The notes below the pieces were generated by a model, which was not told where the DNA came from, ran no database searches, and was given only the letters and a program-made list of their open reading frames with translations. 64,000 bases of DNA. It comes from Pristiophorus japonicus. Lineage: Eukaryota. The stretch is taken from assembly GCF_044704955.1 (NCBI RefSeq), contig NC_091989.1, positions 116,312,001 to 116,376,000 of the forward strand. The letters are read 5' to 3'. Shown here one piece after another: positions 63,217-64,000 of the stretch. The stretch's first letter is position 1, and every line of letters begins with the position of its first letter. A program made the position numbers and the translations under genes.

Positions 63217-64000
63217 ACATAAGAAATAGGAGCAGGAGTAGGCCATACGGTCCCTCGAGCCTGCTCCGCACTTTGCAATCTTTCTCCATTTAAATAATAA
63301 CTTGCTCTTTGATTTTTTTTCTGCCAAAGTGCATGACCTCACACTTTCCAACATTATACTCCATCTGCCAAATTTTTTACCCACTCACTTAGCCTGTCTA
63401 TGTCCTTTTGCAGATTTTTTGTGTCCTCCTCACACATTGCTTTTCCTCCCATCTTTGTATCGTCAACAAACTTGGCTACGTTACACTCAGTCCCTTCTTC
63501 CAAGTTGTTAATATAGATTGTAAATAGTTGGGGTCCCAGCACTGATCCCTGCGGCACCCCATTAGTTACTGATTGCCAACCAGAGAATGAACCATTTATC
63601 CCGACTTTCTGTTTTCTGTTAGTTAGCCAATCCTCTATCCATGCTAATATATTATTCCCAACCCCGTGAACTTTTATCTTTTGTAGTAACCTTTTGTGTG
63701 GTACCATGTCAAATGTCTTCTGGAAGTCCAAATACACCACATCCACTGGTTCCCCTTTATCCACCCTGTTCGTTACATCCTCAAAGAATTCCAGCAAATT
63801 TGTCAAACATGACTTCTCCTTCATAAATCCATGCCGACTCTGCCTGACCGAATTTTGCTTTTTCAAATGTTCTGCTACTGCTTCTTTAATCATGGACTCC
63901 AACATTTTCCCAGCCACAGATGTTAGGCCAACTGTCTATAGTTTCCTGCTTTTTGTCTGCCTCCTTTTTTAAATAGGTGCATTACATTTGCAGTTTTCCA
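63217..64000 (-). mobile_element. CR1 LINE with an internal deletion, running off the window
   Basis: RT ORF 63354-63917; the 3' UTR is joined directly to the mid C-terminal region near 63270. Confidence 0.88.

Overview
This is vertebrate nuclear DNA, not prokaryotic. The repeat content (CR1/HER1-type LINEs, short-LTR Mag-like Gypsy elements) suggests a cartilaginous fish; that is an inference. Two spliced host genes point away from each other. On the minus strand, three exons encode a membrane-anchored cupin/JmjC-like protein of the C6orf89/BRAP-related family. On the plus strand are the first two coding exons of TMPPE. Each gene has an identical tRNA-Leu(CAG) gene sitting head-to-head upstream of its GC-rich first exon, and the two tRNAs converge across ~26 kb that is almost all nested transposons. 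Most of the supplied ORFs are fragments of decayed retroelements or antisense shadows. The notable observations are: (i) a full-length, still open RPS11 retrocopy inside a Gypsy integrase gene, co-oriented and in frame with its zinc-finger region; (ii) a ~0.94 kb inversion that swapped the 3' LTRs of two adjacent Gypsy elements, shown by exchanged target-site duplications (TSDs); (iii) an 18 kb, four-level nested insertion bounded by one TSD; (iv) the mirror-image tRNA/Pol II gene layout; and (v) the uncharacterised protein carrying an HxD motif. I found no convincing new multi-gene system; all novelty claims are hypotheses to be tested.
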